From the IMG/VR virus record IMGVR_UViG_3300031578_000031, positions 1-59,613 of that record: a DNA stretch of 59,613 nt. One strand, written 5' to 3'. The notes under the pieces are model-generated. The model had not been told where the DNA came from. It did not search any database and saw nothing but the letters and a program-made list of their open reading frames with translations. Numbering within the stretch: position 1 is the first letter of the stretch; each line of letters opens with the position of its first letter. Shown here piece after piece: positions 1 to 8,460 of this stretch. The position numbers and the translations under genes were made by a program. This DNA comes from a virus (lineage: Duplodnaviria; Caudoviricetes).

Positions 1-441
1 CTTAATTGCACACTAAAAATAGGGGTGTTTCAGTTCTGCCTCGCTTGGGCTTGGTCGTACACCTAAATAGTTTAGATTATCGGCAAAGTTCATTTTGTTG
101 TCGTCTCCTGACATTTGCAGACAAACAGCACAAAAGGACGTTTTCTGCTTGAAATATGCCGATTTTCTTAGTAGTCGGTTTTCTTTTTTCGTTCGGACTC
201 GCTGAAAGGCCGATAAACACTGTATTTTTAAGTCTATTTAACATAATACAAATTATAGGCAAGTCAGGACAGGCAGAAAAGGAGACAAGGAAGGCAGGAA
301 CAACCCAAAAAAAAACAGGGAATGCCGATAAACAGGGGGCAGGGGGGGCAAAAAAAGCGATTCCCTAACCGAGATCCGTACCCCCTTCGCATTATAGATA
401 CCCTGTAATTATGGTTGAGCACAATTTTTTTTGGCTATTTT

Positions 442-473
442 ATTGCAAATAATCAGGTTTTCCGCTACCTTTA
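442..473 (+). promoter_or_regulatory. Putative Bacteroidota sigma-A-type promoter (variant)
   Basis: ATTG(442-445)-N20-TACCTTTA(466-473) versus the consensus TTTG-N19-21-TAnnTTTG, upstream of the first gene. Confidence 0.4.
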
Positions 474-586
474 CAAGAGAAATGTACTAATTGAGTTTTG
501 TTAATAAGTCAAGCAATGATAGTGGTAGTGTAGGGTGTAGCCAAAAAAGTTCTATAAAAAATAGTACATTCTTGCAAAATTTTAAG

Positions 587-835
587 ATGGAAATCGGGAA
601 AGCTATAAGAAAAATACGGGATGCTAAGAAGGTTTCGAGGCGAAAATTGTCTATTGATTTGCAGATAGATTCCGAGACAATTAAGAGAATTGAGTTGGGT
701 CATATTAAGAATCCGAGATTTTTGACATTGGCTCTTATATTGGATTATTTTGGTTATCAGTTTAATATTGGTTTAATCTCAGACAATTTCTTGAACAATG
801 AAAGTGAATCAGAAGAAGATGAGTCCTTTGGATAG
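587..835 (+). CDS. XRE-family helix-turn-helix regulator
   Basis: MEIGKAIRKIRDAKKVSRRKLS...ETIKRIELG..NPRF matches the HTH_3 pattern. ATG at 587 preferred over the TTG at 491. Confidence 0.8.
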   Translation: MEIGKAIRKIRDAKKVSRRKLSIDLQIDSETIKRIELGHIKNPRFLTLALILDYFGYQFNIGLISDNFLNNESESEEDESFG

Positions 836-1196
836 TTTAACTCATAGTATGGTATCTCGTGTCCAGAATTTAATTTATGCTATGGGTCGAAGGTCTATGA
901 ATCCGATTGGTTATGCTAATGATGTTGTTGTGCATATAGAGATGACTGAGGGGATGTATCGGGTGTTGTTGGATGAGGTGGGGGATGAGTTTTACCGGTA
1001 TTATGAGGAGATGGATGCTTGGACTGCGACTATGGTTATTGACTTTGATTATTATGGGTTTAAGTTTTCTATGAAGTTTGATTATTTCATTCATATAGTT
1101 CCGAAGGATTATCCTGTGAACTTTTTGAGTTATACGGTATCTGTGTTATCTGATTCTCAGATTGTGAGTGATGTATTTGAGTCTATATACAATTAA
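798..1196 (+). CDS. Hypothetical protein
   Basis: 132-aa ORF in operon context, followed by a terminator. Confidence 0.7.
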   Translation: MKVNQKKMSPLDSLTHSMVSRVQNLIYAMGRRSMNPIGYANDVVVHIEMTEGMYRVLLDEVGDEFYRYYEEMDAWTATMVIDFDYYGFKFSMKFDYFIHIVPKDYPVNFLSYTVSVLSDSQIVSDVFESIYN

Positions 1197-1216
1197 GTTT
1201 TCATTTTTATTACTTG

Positions 1217-1257
1217 GCCGGGAGGGGTTTTGTGGGTAATATCCTCTTCCGGTTTTT
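1217..1257 (+). terminator. Intrinsic terminator-like hairpin
   Basis: GCCGGGAGGGG...TCCTCTTCCGGT stem followed by a T run. Confidence 0.6.
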
Positions 1258-1271
1258 AACAACTAAACATT

Positions 1272-1640
1272 ATGGCAGAGAAAGTGATTGAGTTTGATGG
1301 GCCTGAGCCGAAGGGTCCTTTTATGGATAAGAAGGTAAAGGGCAAGGGTATTGAACAAATTAAGTCTTGGTTTGAGTCGAAGAGTGCTTGGAGGGAGTAT
1401 GGTGGTAATTACACGAAGGATGGCTATGGCAATTATTTGGAGAGGTATGTTACTTATGTGAGTGGGCCTATTATGGTTGCGTTGGAGTTTGTTGGTGGGA
1501 AGGTGAGTGTTCATACTCATGATGGTAAGACGTTGGTTGCGTTTAATCGGACGATGGTAAAGAGTCCGGAGATGTTGTATGAGGTATTGGGTGAGTTGTT
1601 GGAGATGGTTGCTGCTGCTTCTATACAGGAGGGAGTGTAA
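1272..1640 (+). CDS. Hypothetical protein
   Basis: 122-aa ORF; stop overlaps the next start (TAATG). Confidence 0.7.
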   Translation: MAEKVIEFDGPEPKGPFMDKKVKGKGIEQIKSWFESKSAWREYGGNYTKDGYGNYLERYVTYVSGPIMVALEFVGGKVSVHTHDGKTLVAFNRTMVKSPEMLYEVLGELLEMVAAASIQEGV

Positions 1641-1984
1641 TGAATGCATTTTATGTAAATGCTTTAGCTCATAGGGAGGCGATTATAGAGGTATGTAATG
1701 AGTATGGCATATCGGAGTTGGATATATTTGTGTTGATGATGGTACATGGGAATATTCGTCCTATGTATGTGAAGGATGTTGTTAGGGTATTGGGTTCTGT
1801 TGATGGGCATAAGATTGTGTCGTTGGTTGAGCGGTTATGGAAGGTAGGGTGGTTACAGAGTCCTGGTCATGAGTTGCAGTTAATAACGAAGCGGTTGTAT
1901 GGTATTAGTTTATCGGGTATAGCTGTTTTGGATTCGTATAAATATCATTTTGAGAATATTCATAAAAAATTGGAATTAGGATGA
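1640..1984 (+). CDS. Putative winged-helix (MarR-like) DNA-binding protein
   Basis: YGISELDIFVLMMV...VVRVLG...IVSLVERLWKVGWL...RLYGISLSG resembles a MarR/wHTH fold. Confidence 0.5.
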   Translation: MNAFYVNALAHREAIIEVCNEYGISELDIFVLMMVHGNIRPMYVKDVVRVLGSVDGHKIVSLVERLWKVGWLQSPGHELQLITKRLYGISLSGIAVLDSYKYHFENIHKKLELG

Positions 1985-3729
1985 AGACATATACTACTCG
2001 GCCAAGGAGGTCGGAAGAGATTAGGGGGGAGATTGGGGAGGCTTTGGAATTGGTATCTGACATTGTATGTTCTACGATGGGTCCTGGGGGTCGCAATGTG
2101 ACGTTACATAGTGATGCTGGCATATCGACTACGAAGGATGGAGTTACTGTTGCTCGTCATTTGAATTTGGAGGGTGGTGTTGCTAATGCTGTTGGGTTGT
2201 TGGCTGTTGATGCTGCGTATCGGACGGTGAAGGAGGTGGGTGATGGTACTACTACGTCAATTTTGATGTTGAAGACATTGTATAAGAATTTGGAGGATTT
2301 GACGGCTGACCGGGGTTTGAATTTATTTGCTGTTGGTCGTGGAGTTGATATGGCTGTGGATCATGTGAAGGGTTGTTTACATGGGATGGCTTTGCCGGTG
2401 AAGGATTCGGATGGTGGGATTGATAAGGCTTTGTTGAGGGATGTGAGTGTAATTTCTGCTAACAATGATGAGATATTGGGTCGGATGATTTCTGATTTGG
2501 TTTATCAGGTTGGGGAGAATGGGATTGTTGAGGTGAAGGATAGTATTGATGGGAGTACGTATGCTGTTAAGACGGATGGTTATGTTTTCAATACGATTGC
2601 GTTGAAGCAGTTTGTTCCTGTTGGTCAGAGTCATGTGGAGTTGGTGAATCCGGTTATAATGATAATTGATATGCAGTTATCGGATTATGATCAGATACGG
2701 GATATTGTACAGACGTGGAATGTGAATTGCAAGGATGGCAATGGGAAGTTACGTCCATTGGTATTGATTGTGTCGGATATAGAGGGTAGTGCGTTGGCTA
2801 CGATGACTATCAATAGTCGGACGATGCCGATATGTGTGGTAAAGAGTCCGGGATTTGGGTTGGTTCGTAGGGACTTGTTGGAGGACATTCAGGTTGTTAC
2901 GGATACTCGTCAGGTGTTTAACAATACGACTGGTCATACGTTGGATCGGTTTGGGTATGGTTTGAATGGGAAGAAGGAGATGGAGTTTGGTCGTGCGGAT
3001 AAGGTGATTGTGTATAAGGATAAGGTAATTATTTCTAATGACAAGGAGATGAAGCGGTGGAATACGGAGCAGACTGTGGTGGAGTTGGTGGAGAGGTTGA
3101 AGGTTATGGCTTCGGAGTGTGAGGGTGAGCAGGAGCGTGGCTGGATACGGGAGCGTATTAGTCGATTGACGAGTGGAGTGGGTACTATTTATGTTGGGGC
3201 TGATTCTGAGTTGGAGTTGGGATTTAAGCGGATGGTTATTGATGATGCTCAACGTGCTTGTTTTTCTGCGTTGGATGGAGGGGTTGTTATTGGTGGTGGA
3301 CAGGCCTTGTTGAAGTGTTATGCTTCGTTACAGGAGTTGATTGATACGATGGATGCTCATGGAGATGAAGCGGAGATGATTGGTGCTCTTGCGGTGTTGC
3401 GGAGTTTGTCTGCGCCAATTAGGATGATTATGAGGAATTTGTTTATGGGGGAAGCGAGTGTGGTGATGTTGAATGAGATTTCTAAGAGTGGTGGTGATAA
3501 GGCGTTTATGGGATGGGATTTTATGTCTTTTGAGGATGGCAATGGGGATGTTAGGGGAAATTTTGTAAATATGTTGACGGCTGGTATTGTTGATCCTGTG
3601 AAGGTGACGGTATCTGCGTTGAAGAATGCTGCGAGTGTGGCGAAGCAGTTATTGACTACGGAGTGGTTTTTATTTTTGGAGTCGAATAAGGATATGGATT
3701 TGGGTAAGATATTCTATCCGGAGCGTTAG
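1981..3729 (+). CDS. groEL: Phage-encoded group I chaperonin (GroEL-like)
   Basis: TMGPGGRNV, TTKDGVTVA, GDGTTT, ISANND, GVVIGGG and GIVDPVKV...AASVA motifs. 582 aa. No C-terminal GGM repeats. Confidence 0.96.
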   Translation: MKTYTTRPRRSEEIRGEIGEALELVSDIVCSTMGPGGRNVTLHSDAGISTTKDGVTVARHLNLEGGVANAVGLLAVDAAYRTVKEVGDGTTTSILMLKTLYKNLEDLTADRGLNLFAVGRGVDMAVDHVKGCLHGMALPVKDSDGGIDKALLRDVSVISANNDEILGRMISDLVYQVGENGIVEVKDSIDGSTYAVKTDGYVFNTIALKQFVPVGQSHVELVNPVIMIIDMQLSDYDQIRDIVQTWNVNCKDGNGKLRPLVLIVSDIEGSALATMTINSRTMPICVVKSPGFGLVRRDLLEDIQVVTDTRQVFNNTTGHTLDRFGYGLNGKKEMEFGRADKVIVYKDKVIISNDKEMKRWNTEQTVVELVERLKVMASECEGEQERGWIRERISRLTSGVGTIYVGADSELELGFKRMVIDDAQRACFSALDGGVVIGGGQALLKCYASLQELIDTMDAHGDEAEMIGALAVLRSLSAPIRMIMRNLFMGEASVVMLNEISKSGGDKAFMGWDFMSFEDGNGDVRGNFVNMLTAGIVDPVKVTVSALKNAASVAKQLLTTEWFLFLESNKDMDLGKIFYPER

Positions 3730-3757
3730 GGGTTGTTTTTTTCATTGGTTATAAAAT

Positions 3758-4045
3758 ATGATTATGAGTGGTATAGGTTTGGTAGTAAGGGATATTCGTA
3801 AGTTGCGTAAGTTGACTCAGGCTGAGTTGGCTGTACGTTGTGGGGTATCGAGTTCTTATGTATCTACGATTGAGGTGGGTCGTCAGTTGCCGACTTTGAC
3901 GGTTATGGAGAAGTTGGCTGATGGTTTAGCTGTTCCGTTGCCTATATTATCTTTTTTATCTTTGGATGCCGAGCTTATTCCGGTTGATAAGCAGATGTTG
4001 TTTGCTTATGTACGGAAGGAGGTTGAGGGGATATTTTTGAAATAA
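3758..4045 (+). CDS. XRE-family HTH regulator
   Basis: IRKLRKLTQAELAVRCGVSSSYVSTIEVGRQLPT is a canonical HTH_3 pattern. Confidence 0.9.
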   Translation: MIMSGIGLVVRDIRKLRKLTQAELAVRCGVSSSYVSTIEVGRQLPTLTVMEKLADGLAVPLPILSFLSLDAELIPVDKQMLFAYVRKEVEGIFLK

Positions 4046-4054
4046 AGTTCTTAC

Positions 4055-4114
4055 CCGGCTGCGTTTGGGCGTTTAGTTATGTCAGTTTTTTCATAGGGGA
4101 TGCAGCCGGTTTTA
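4055..4114 (+). terminator. Long-loop terminator-like hairpin
   Basis: CCGGCTGCGT(4055-4064) pairs with ATGCAGCCGG(4100-4109), followed by a T run. Confidence 0.5.
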
Positions 4115-4143
4115 TGTTAAACATGGTGTCTAAGGCATCTGAT

Positions 4144-4265
4144 GGGGATATGAACTGACGTACTGAGGCGCATGGTAGGTTCTGAAAGCGGAAACGCAAA
4201 GTCGAGGGTATCTCAGATTGCCCGATGTAAAGGCGAGGTGTAGGGTTCGAGTCCTACTATCCCCA
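4144..4265 (+). ncRNA. tRNA-like structured RNA (atypical, 122 nt)
   Basis: 7-bp acceptor-like stem GGGGATA/TATCCCC plus discriminator A. T-arm GTAGG-GTTCGAGT-CCTAC. Interior has a GNRA hairpin and is too long for a normal tRNA. Confidence 0.6.
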
Positions 4266-4290
4266 CTATTAAGAGTTCTGGTGTGTATTT

Positions 4291-4330
4291 ATGTGTCCCC
4301 GGTCATGCTCATTCTACGGGGGCACATTTT
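4291..4330 (+). terminator. Hairpin/terminator downstream of the tRNA-like RNA
   Basis: ATGTGTCCCCG...CGGGGGCACAT followed by TTT. Confidence 0.5.
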
Positions 4331-4348
4331 AAACTAAAAAAATAGTGT

Positions 4349-4624
4349 ATGTTAAACGAAAACAGAAGAACAGGTAGGACTACTCGACTGATTGATGGAT
4401 ATATTCAGCAATTGTTTGAGGAAGGAAGTGTTCTAATTAAGGACCATCATGATTCACCGGATAGTCATTGTTATTTATTCAGGAAGGTATTGGCTCGACT
4501 TAAAGCAGAGCATAGATTCCAAACGATGATGGATAATAAATGGGTTGTAGTAGATGAACCAACTTTACAGATTATTTTTACGGGCAATTACTTAAAATTA
4601 TTAGAGGAGGGCAAGTCGAAATGA
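4349..4624 (+). CDS. Hypothetical protein
   Basis: 91-aa ORF beginning RRTGRTTRLID, coupled to ruvA (ATGA overlap). Confidence 0.7.
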   Translation: MLNENRRTGRTTRLIDGYIQQLFEEGSVLIKDHHDSPDSHCYLFRKVLARLKAEHRFQTMMDNKWVVVDEPTLQIIFTGNYLKLLEEGKSK

Positions 4625-5208
4625 TAGAAATAATCAGAGGAAACGTTTCAAGCTTAAAGCCGTCTCATGTCATTCTTGACGTAGGTGGTATAGGCTATTT
4701 TATCAATATAAGTCTCCATACTTTTTATGCTATTGAAAAGACAGGAAGGCCTATTGCTACAATATTTACGAGGTTCATTGTAAAGGAAGATAGTCAAAAG
4801 TTGTATGGGTTTGATGATGAGGAAGAGAGGGATTTGTTTGACAAATTGACAAGTGTATCGGGCATTGGCCCAAATACTGCCTTGGTTGTACTTTCTCACA
4901 TGACGGTATCGGAAGTTAAGGTTGCTATTGGAAGTGGCAATGCTGATGCTATTAAGAAGGTGAAGGGTATAGGTGGGAAGACTGCCGATAGGTTGATATT
5001 GGAATTAAAGTCAAAGTTTGAGGCGGAGGTGAAGGATGTTGTTGCCGTTGAAGTTACCGGTCCTATTAAAAATGTACAAGTAATTTCGGATGCGATTGCT
5101 GCCCTTGTCGTTCTTGGTATTGATAAGAAAAAAGCTACTGAAGCTATTAAGTATCACCTTGGCCCTACTGTTCAGGATTATGTGAAGCAGGTGTTAGCAA
5201 AAATGTAA
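4621..5208 (+). CDS. ruvA: Holliday junction branch migration protein RuvA
   Basis: VILDVGGIGYFI, IVKEDSQKLYGF, LTSVSGIGPNTAL, VKGIGGKTADRLILELK, and a C-terminal DAIAALVVLG. Confidence 0.95.
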   Translation: MIEIIRGNVSSLKPSHVILDVGGIGYFINISLHTFYAIEKTGRPIATIFTRFIVKEDSQKLYGFDDEEERDLFDKLTSVSGIGPNTALVVLSHMTVSEVKVAIGSGNADAIKKVKGIGGKTADRLILELKSKFEAEVKDVVAVEVTGPIKNVQVISDAIAALVVLGIDKKKATEAIKYHLGPTVQDYVKQVLAKM

Positions 5209-5211
5209 ACT

Positions 5212-5895
5212 ATGAAGTATTTTATGAATGAGAATACGCAAATGTTTCAGTATTTCACTGAGCTAATGGGTAAATTCTTAAAAGAGGTATTTAGTAGATG
5301 CGATGTACAACATGGCTTTGATGGAGAGGATCTTGCCGAGTATATGTACAACCATTTTTTAATGGAAAATCCGGTATATGGAGACGATTATTATTTCTTT
5401 CCAATAGACGATTATTTTAACAAAGTGGTAGTTCCGCATAAGATTGAAGTTTTCTTAGCAGGATATGCAATGATTCCAATGATAGAGGAATATAGTAAAG
5501 TTTTTAGAGTTGACAGCAATGAATTTATCAAGCAATTACTTGTACATGATTTGTCGAAGTTTTCTATAAATGAAATTGCATACGCTTTTTATAACTTTAA
5601 GGATAAGTCTAAAAATCCTGAATCTAATCGCATTGCTTTTGAATTAGCTTGGAATCATCATAAGCACATGAATCCACATCATCCGGAGCATTGGCTTGGA
5701 TTTGGAAGGGCAGGTGTGTTGGAGAGTGAATTTGATATGCCCTATAAGTATGTCCTTGAAATGGTAGCGGATTGGATTGGTGCAGGTGAAATTTATGGAA
5801 GCAGCCTGGACGAGTGGCTGCCCAAGAATAGAGGAACTTTTAATTTCAGTTTAGAAACATCTGTTAGGTTGGACATAATCTTAAATGCGATATAA
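5212..5895 (+). CDS. HD-fold metal-dependent phosphohydrolase (DUF5662-like)
   Basis: HDLSKFS...AWNHHKHMNPHHPEHW...EMVADWIGA motifs. Confidence 0.7.
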   Translation: MKYFMNENTQMFQYFTELMGKFLKEVFSRCDVQHGFDGEDLAEYMYNHFLMENPVYGDDYYFFPIDDYFNKVVVPHKIEVFLAGYAMIPMIEEYSKVFRVDSNEFIKQLLVHDLSKFSINEIAYAFYNFKDKSKNPESNRIAFELAWNHHKHMNPHHPEHWLGFGRAGVLESEFDMPYKYVLEMVADWIGAGEIYGSSLDEWLPKNRGTFNFSLETSVRLDIILNAI

Positions 5896-6457
5896 TATGA
5901 TAGATATGCCTGATAATAAAATGACTGTGGATGATTACAAACGGTTGCTTGATAAAATAGGCCTTTCTTTGTATGAAGCACCTGTTGGTGTGGAGTTATT
6001 AGAAGTAGTTATTCCGATAGAGCCTATGGGTGCTGTTCGGGAGAATAAGAATACGAAGTGGGGGTCCGGAGCTGCAGCTAAGAAAGCGAACGAATACCAT
6101 GCCTGGAAACATTCTGTGCAAGTTTTATGGATTCAGGCGATGTTGAAGTTAAAATTACCGAAAGATACCATACCTTTAGGAGTTATTCACTCGTTTGAGT
6201 TTGGCTTGTCGATACCTAATCCGGATGTAAAGAGCTTGTCTAAGGTAAAAAGGCAAGAGCGATTGGACTTGATAGGTACTCCTCATAAGAAGAAGCCGGA
6301 TTGGGATAACTTATGCAAGGCATTTATTGATGCGCTGTATTATAAGAAGGATATTGATGATGGGTCTATTTGGAAGGTAAGTGCTGGTATTGAGAAAGTA
6401 TATACTGCGTATGGTAAGGGATATGTAAAGATAGTGTTCCCGATAATCAAAAAATAA
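5885..6457 (+). CDS. rusA: RusA-family Holliday junction resolvase
   Basis: KKPDWDNLCKAFIDAL...DD catalytic motif; N-terminal PMGAVR. Confidence 0.85.
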   Translation: MRYNMIDMPDNKMTVDDYKRLLDKIGLSLYEAPVGVELLEVVIPIEPMGAVRENKNTKWGSGAAAKKANEYHAWKHSVQVLWIQAMLKLKLPKDTIPLGVIHSFEFGLSIPNPDVKSLSKVKRQERLDLIGTPHKKKPDWDNLCKAFIDALYYKKDIDDGSIWKVSAGIEKVYTAYGKGYVKIVFPIIKK

Positions 6458-6462
6458 GTTGT

Positions 6463-6936
6463 ATGAAAAATCTTGTATTGTTTTTATTGCTAAGTATCGC
6501 TACGGTTTGCCAAGGGCAGCAGGTGGATACGGTACTGGTGTATGGTCAAACGAAGATGCGTATTATTGTGGCCGGGGATACGGTGATGATGTCTATCCGT
6601 CAGTTTGATGGCATTCGGAATGTGTTCAAGAGCTTTGAGGTCAGTGATTCTTTGAATAAGGATCAGATTGCAAGATTGAAAGAGATTATTGAGACCTCGG
6701 AAGAAATTGAGGAGAAGTATAAGAAGATGGATGAAGTTCGGGAGGCTCAATTGAATCTATACAAGCGAGAGTATAATACGCTTCAGGAGATTGCTGCTAA
6801 TCAGAATCAGAGGCTATTGGATATTAGTGATAGTATTTTCAGAAAGAATAAATCAGGTATGTGGCAGGGGATAGCTATTGGTGCCGGAGTTGGTGCTTTC
6901 TTGACAAGTTTTGTTTTCATCTTAATAAGTAAGTGA
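6463..6936 (+). CDS. Secreted or membrane-anchored coiled-coil protein
   Basis: N-terminal signal peptide, central coiled coil, C-terminal TM helix (GIAIGAGVGAFLTSFVFIL). Confidence 0.65.
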   Translation: MKNLVLFLLLSIATVCQGQQVDTVLVYGQTKMRIIVAGDTVMMSIRQFDGIRNVFKSFEVSDSLNKDQIARLKEIIETSEEIEEKYKKMDEVREAQLNLYKREYNTLQEIAANQNQRLLDISDSIFRKNKSGMWQGIAIGAGVGAFLTSFVFILISK

Positions 6937-7283
6937 TGAGAGAAAAGATAATTATTGGAGTCGTGTACGTTGTTCTCACTGCGATTGTGACGACTATATC
7001 GGTTATCATTGTAAAGAATGCGATGAATAACTTTAAAGAGGAATTAAGAATTGAGATACGGAAGGAAGCTCAGTCTTGGTCGGATTCTATTGAGGTAAGT
7101 AGGAATAGAGTAAAGATGATTGATAGTTTGTCCTATGAGGAGATAACAGCTATCAAGGAAGATATTGTTTCGCTGTGGAATATCCGGAGGATGACTTGGA
7201 CGGAAGTTCAGGAAGCTGAAAAAAAGGCGGAGCAGGAATTAGAAGAGAGGAAAACTATTGGTAAAACATTATTAGATTGGTAA
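6933..7283 (+). CDS. Single-pass membrane coiled-coil protein
   Basis: N-terminal TM helix (IIIGVVYVVLTAIVTTISVIIV) followed by a charged helix. Confidence 0.65.
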   Translation: MMREKIIIGVVYVVLTAIVTTISVIIVKNAMNNFKEELRIEIRKEAQSWSDSIEVSRNRVKMIDSLSYEEITAIKEDIVSLWNIRRMTWTEVQEAEKKAEQELEERKTIGKTLLDW

Positions 7284-7285
7284 TT

Positions 7286-7678
7286 ATGAATGAAGGACAT
7301 TTCCCGTATGCCGTAGCCGATGGGCACGTGGCATTGAAGTATGAAGAAGGATATGTGGAGAAAGATGGTATCCAGGAGCCACACAAGAAGATAAAGATTC
7401 GGACGGCTATTGTCGTTGCCGTTGGCAATTCTTCCAAGAAGTCTTGGGATGAGATTAGCCCTATGTTGGTCGTTGGCCGAAAGGTGCTGATGCCTTCGGT
7501 GAATAAGCAGGAGTTCCGGATAGATGGTACTTCATATTTTGTGTGTCACCATAATGACATCAAGGTTATTGATCCAGCCGATGATACTACCCTTATGTTG
7601 GAGTTGTTGGAGAATCACATGAACTCATTGCCGAAGGATGTTGTGTCGAAGTTCACTCAGAAATTTGGTGGATTATGA
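7286..7678 (+). CDS. groES: GroES-like co-chaperonin (single domain)
   Basis: GHVALK...AIVVAVGN...VGRKVLMP...EFRIDGTSYFVCHHNDIKVI follows the Cpn10 pattern. ATG at 7286. Confidence 0.75.
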   Translation: MNEGHFPYAVADGHVALKYEEGYVEKDGIQEPHKKIKIRTAIVVAVGNSSKKSWDEISPMLVVGRKVLMPSVNKQEFRIDGTSYFVCHHNDIKVIDPADDTTLMLELLENHMNSLPKDVVSKFTQKFGGL

Positions 7679-8409
7679 TTATTACAAATAACAGTGTACT
7701 AATACTTCCGGACCCAAACTTTGTTAAGGATGGAGAGATACAGTTATTTGATGCATTTGAGCCTGCTAAACATTTTTCTGTAAAGGGTACGGTATTGGCT
7801 GTGCCGAATAAGCTGAATTATTATGGGGATGAGATTGAACGATTGAAGCAATTACCAAGGAGTTTAGATAGAACTAAAACGATTCAGGAGCTAAATAGGT
7901 GGAGCTTGCCTTGGGATACGAATTTAGGCATTGTGGTTGGTGACGAAGTTTACTTCCACTACATGAACAGGATAGCAGGAGTAGAGGACAACTTGGTACT
8001 CGGCAAAGATGAGCTTGGAGAAAGGGGCTTATTGTTTGTTGATTATGACCAATTGTATATGGGTACGCATGAAGGCTTGTCATGGATGCTGAATGGATAT
8101 ATCTTAGTTGAAGCAATTGAGTATAGTGACGATGAATTGATGAGCTTAGGTGGAGGATTTGAGAAGTATGTCAAGTCAAAAGAAAAGCCTGGCTTTGGGA
8201 TTGTTAGGTCTCTTGGAATTGGTTCTTGTGGTCCAAATAAATCTTATCTTGATGGCAGTGTTGAAGGACCTGAAGTATGGGATGGGATGGAAGTATTGTT
8301 TCGACATAGTAATGCGGTGCCATTTGAGTATAAATATCACAAGACTGTGAATGAAGGCAAGTATGCTTTTTACAAGATGCAGCGAAAAGATATTTTGGCA
8401 TATAGATAA
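7675..8409 (+). CDS. Tandem (two-domain) GroES-like protein
   Basis: Domain 1: NSVLILPD...KGTVLAVP...VVGDEVYFHY...FVDYDQLY. Domain 2: NGYILVEAI...FGIVRSLG...DGMEVLF...YKMQRKDILA. Confidence 0.7.
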   Translation: MIITNNSVLILPDPNFVKDGEIQLFDAFEPAKHFSVKGTVLAVPNKLNYYGDEIERLKQLPRSLDRTKTIQELNRWSLPWDTNLGIVVGDEVYFHYMNRIAGVEDNLVLGKDELGERGLLFVDYDQLYMGTHEGLSWMLNGYILVEAIEYSDDELMSLGGGFEKYVKSKEKPGFGIVRSLGIGSCGPNKSYLDGSVEGPEVWDGMEVLFRHSNAVPFEYKYHKTVNEGKYAFYKMQRKDILAYR

Positions 8410-8460
8410 ATGTTTGTAATTTAGTGTGGTAATATCATTTTTCAATAAAAAATTAAAACG

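Noticed and set aside
77-368. Two short opposing ORFs at the left end
   Set aside because: Low-complexity and overlapping, with no motifs. The region looks non-coding or terminal.
870-3542. Numerous minus-strand ORFs of 60-170 aa rich in His/Pro/Thr/Asn/Ile
   Set aside because: Shadow ORFs of the G/T-skewed plus-strand genes, fully overlapped by convincing genes.
4144-4265. Calling this a standard tRNA-Leu(CAG), tRNA-Sec(UCA) or tmRNA
   Set aside because: No canonical D-arm or anticodon-arm spacing, and no room for a tag reading frame. Kept only as a tRNA-like RNA.
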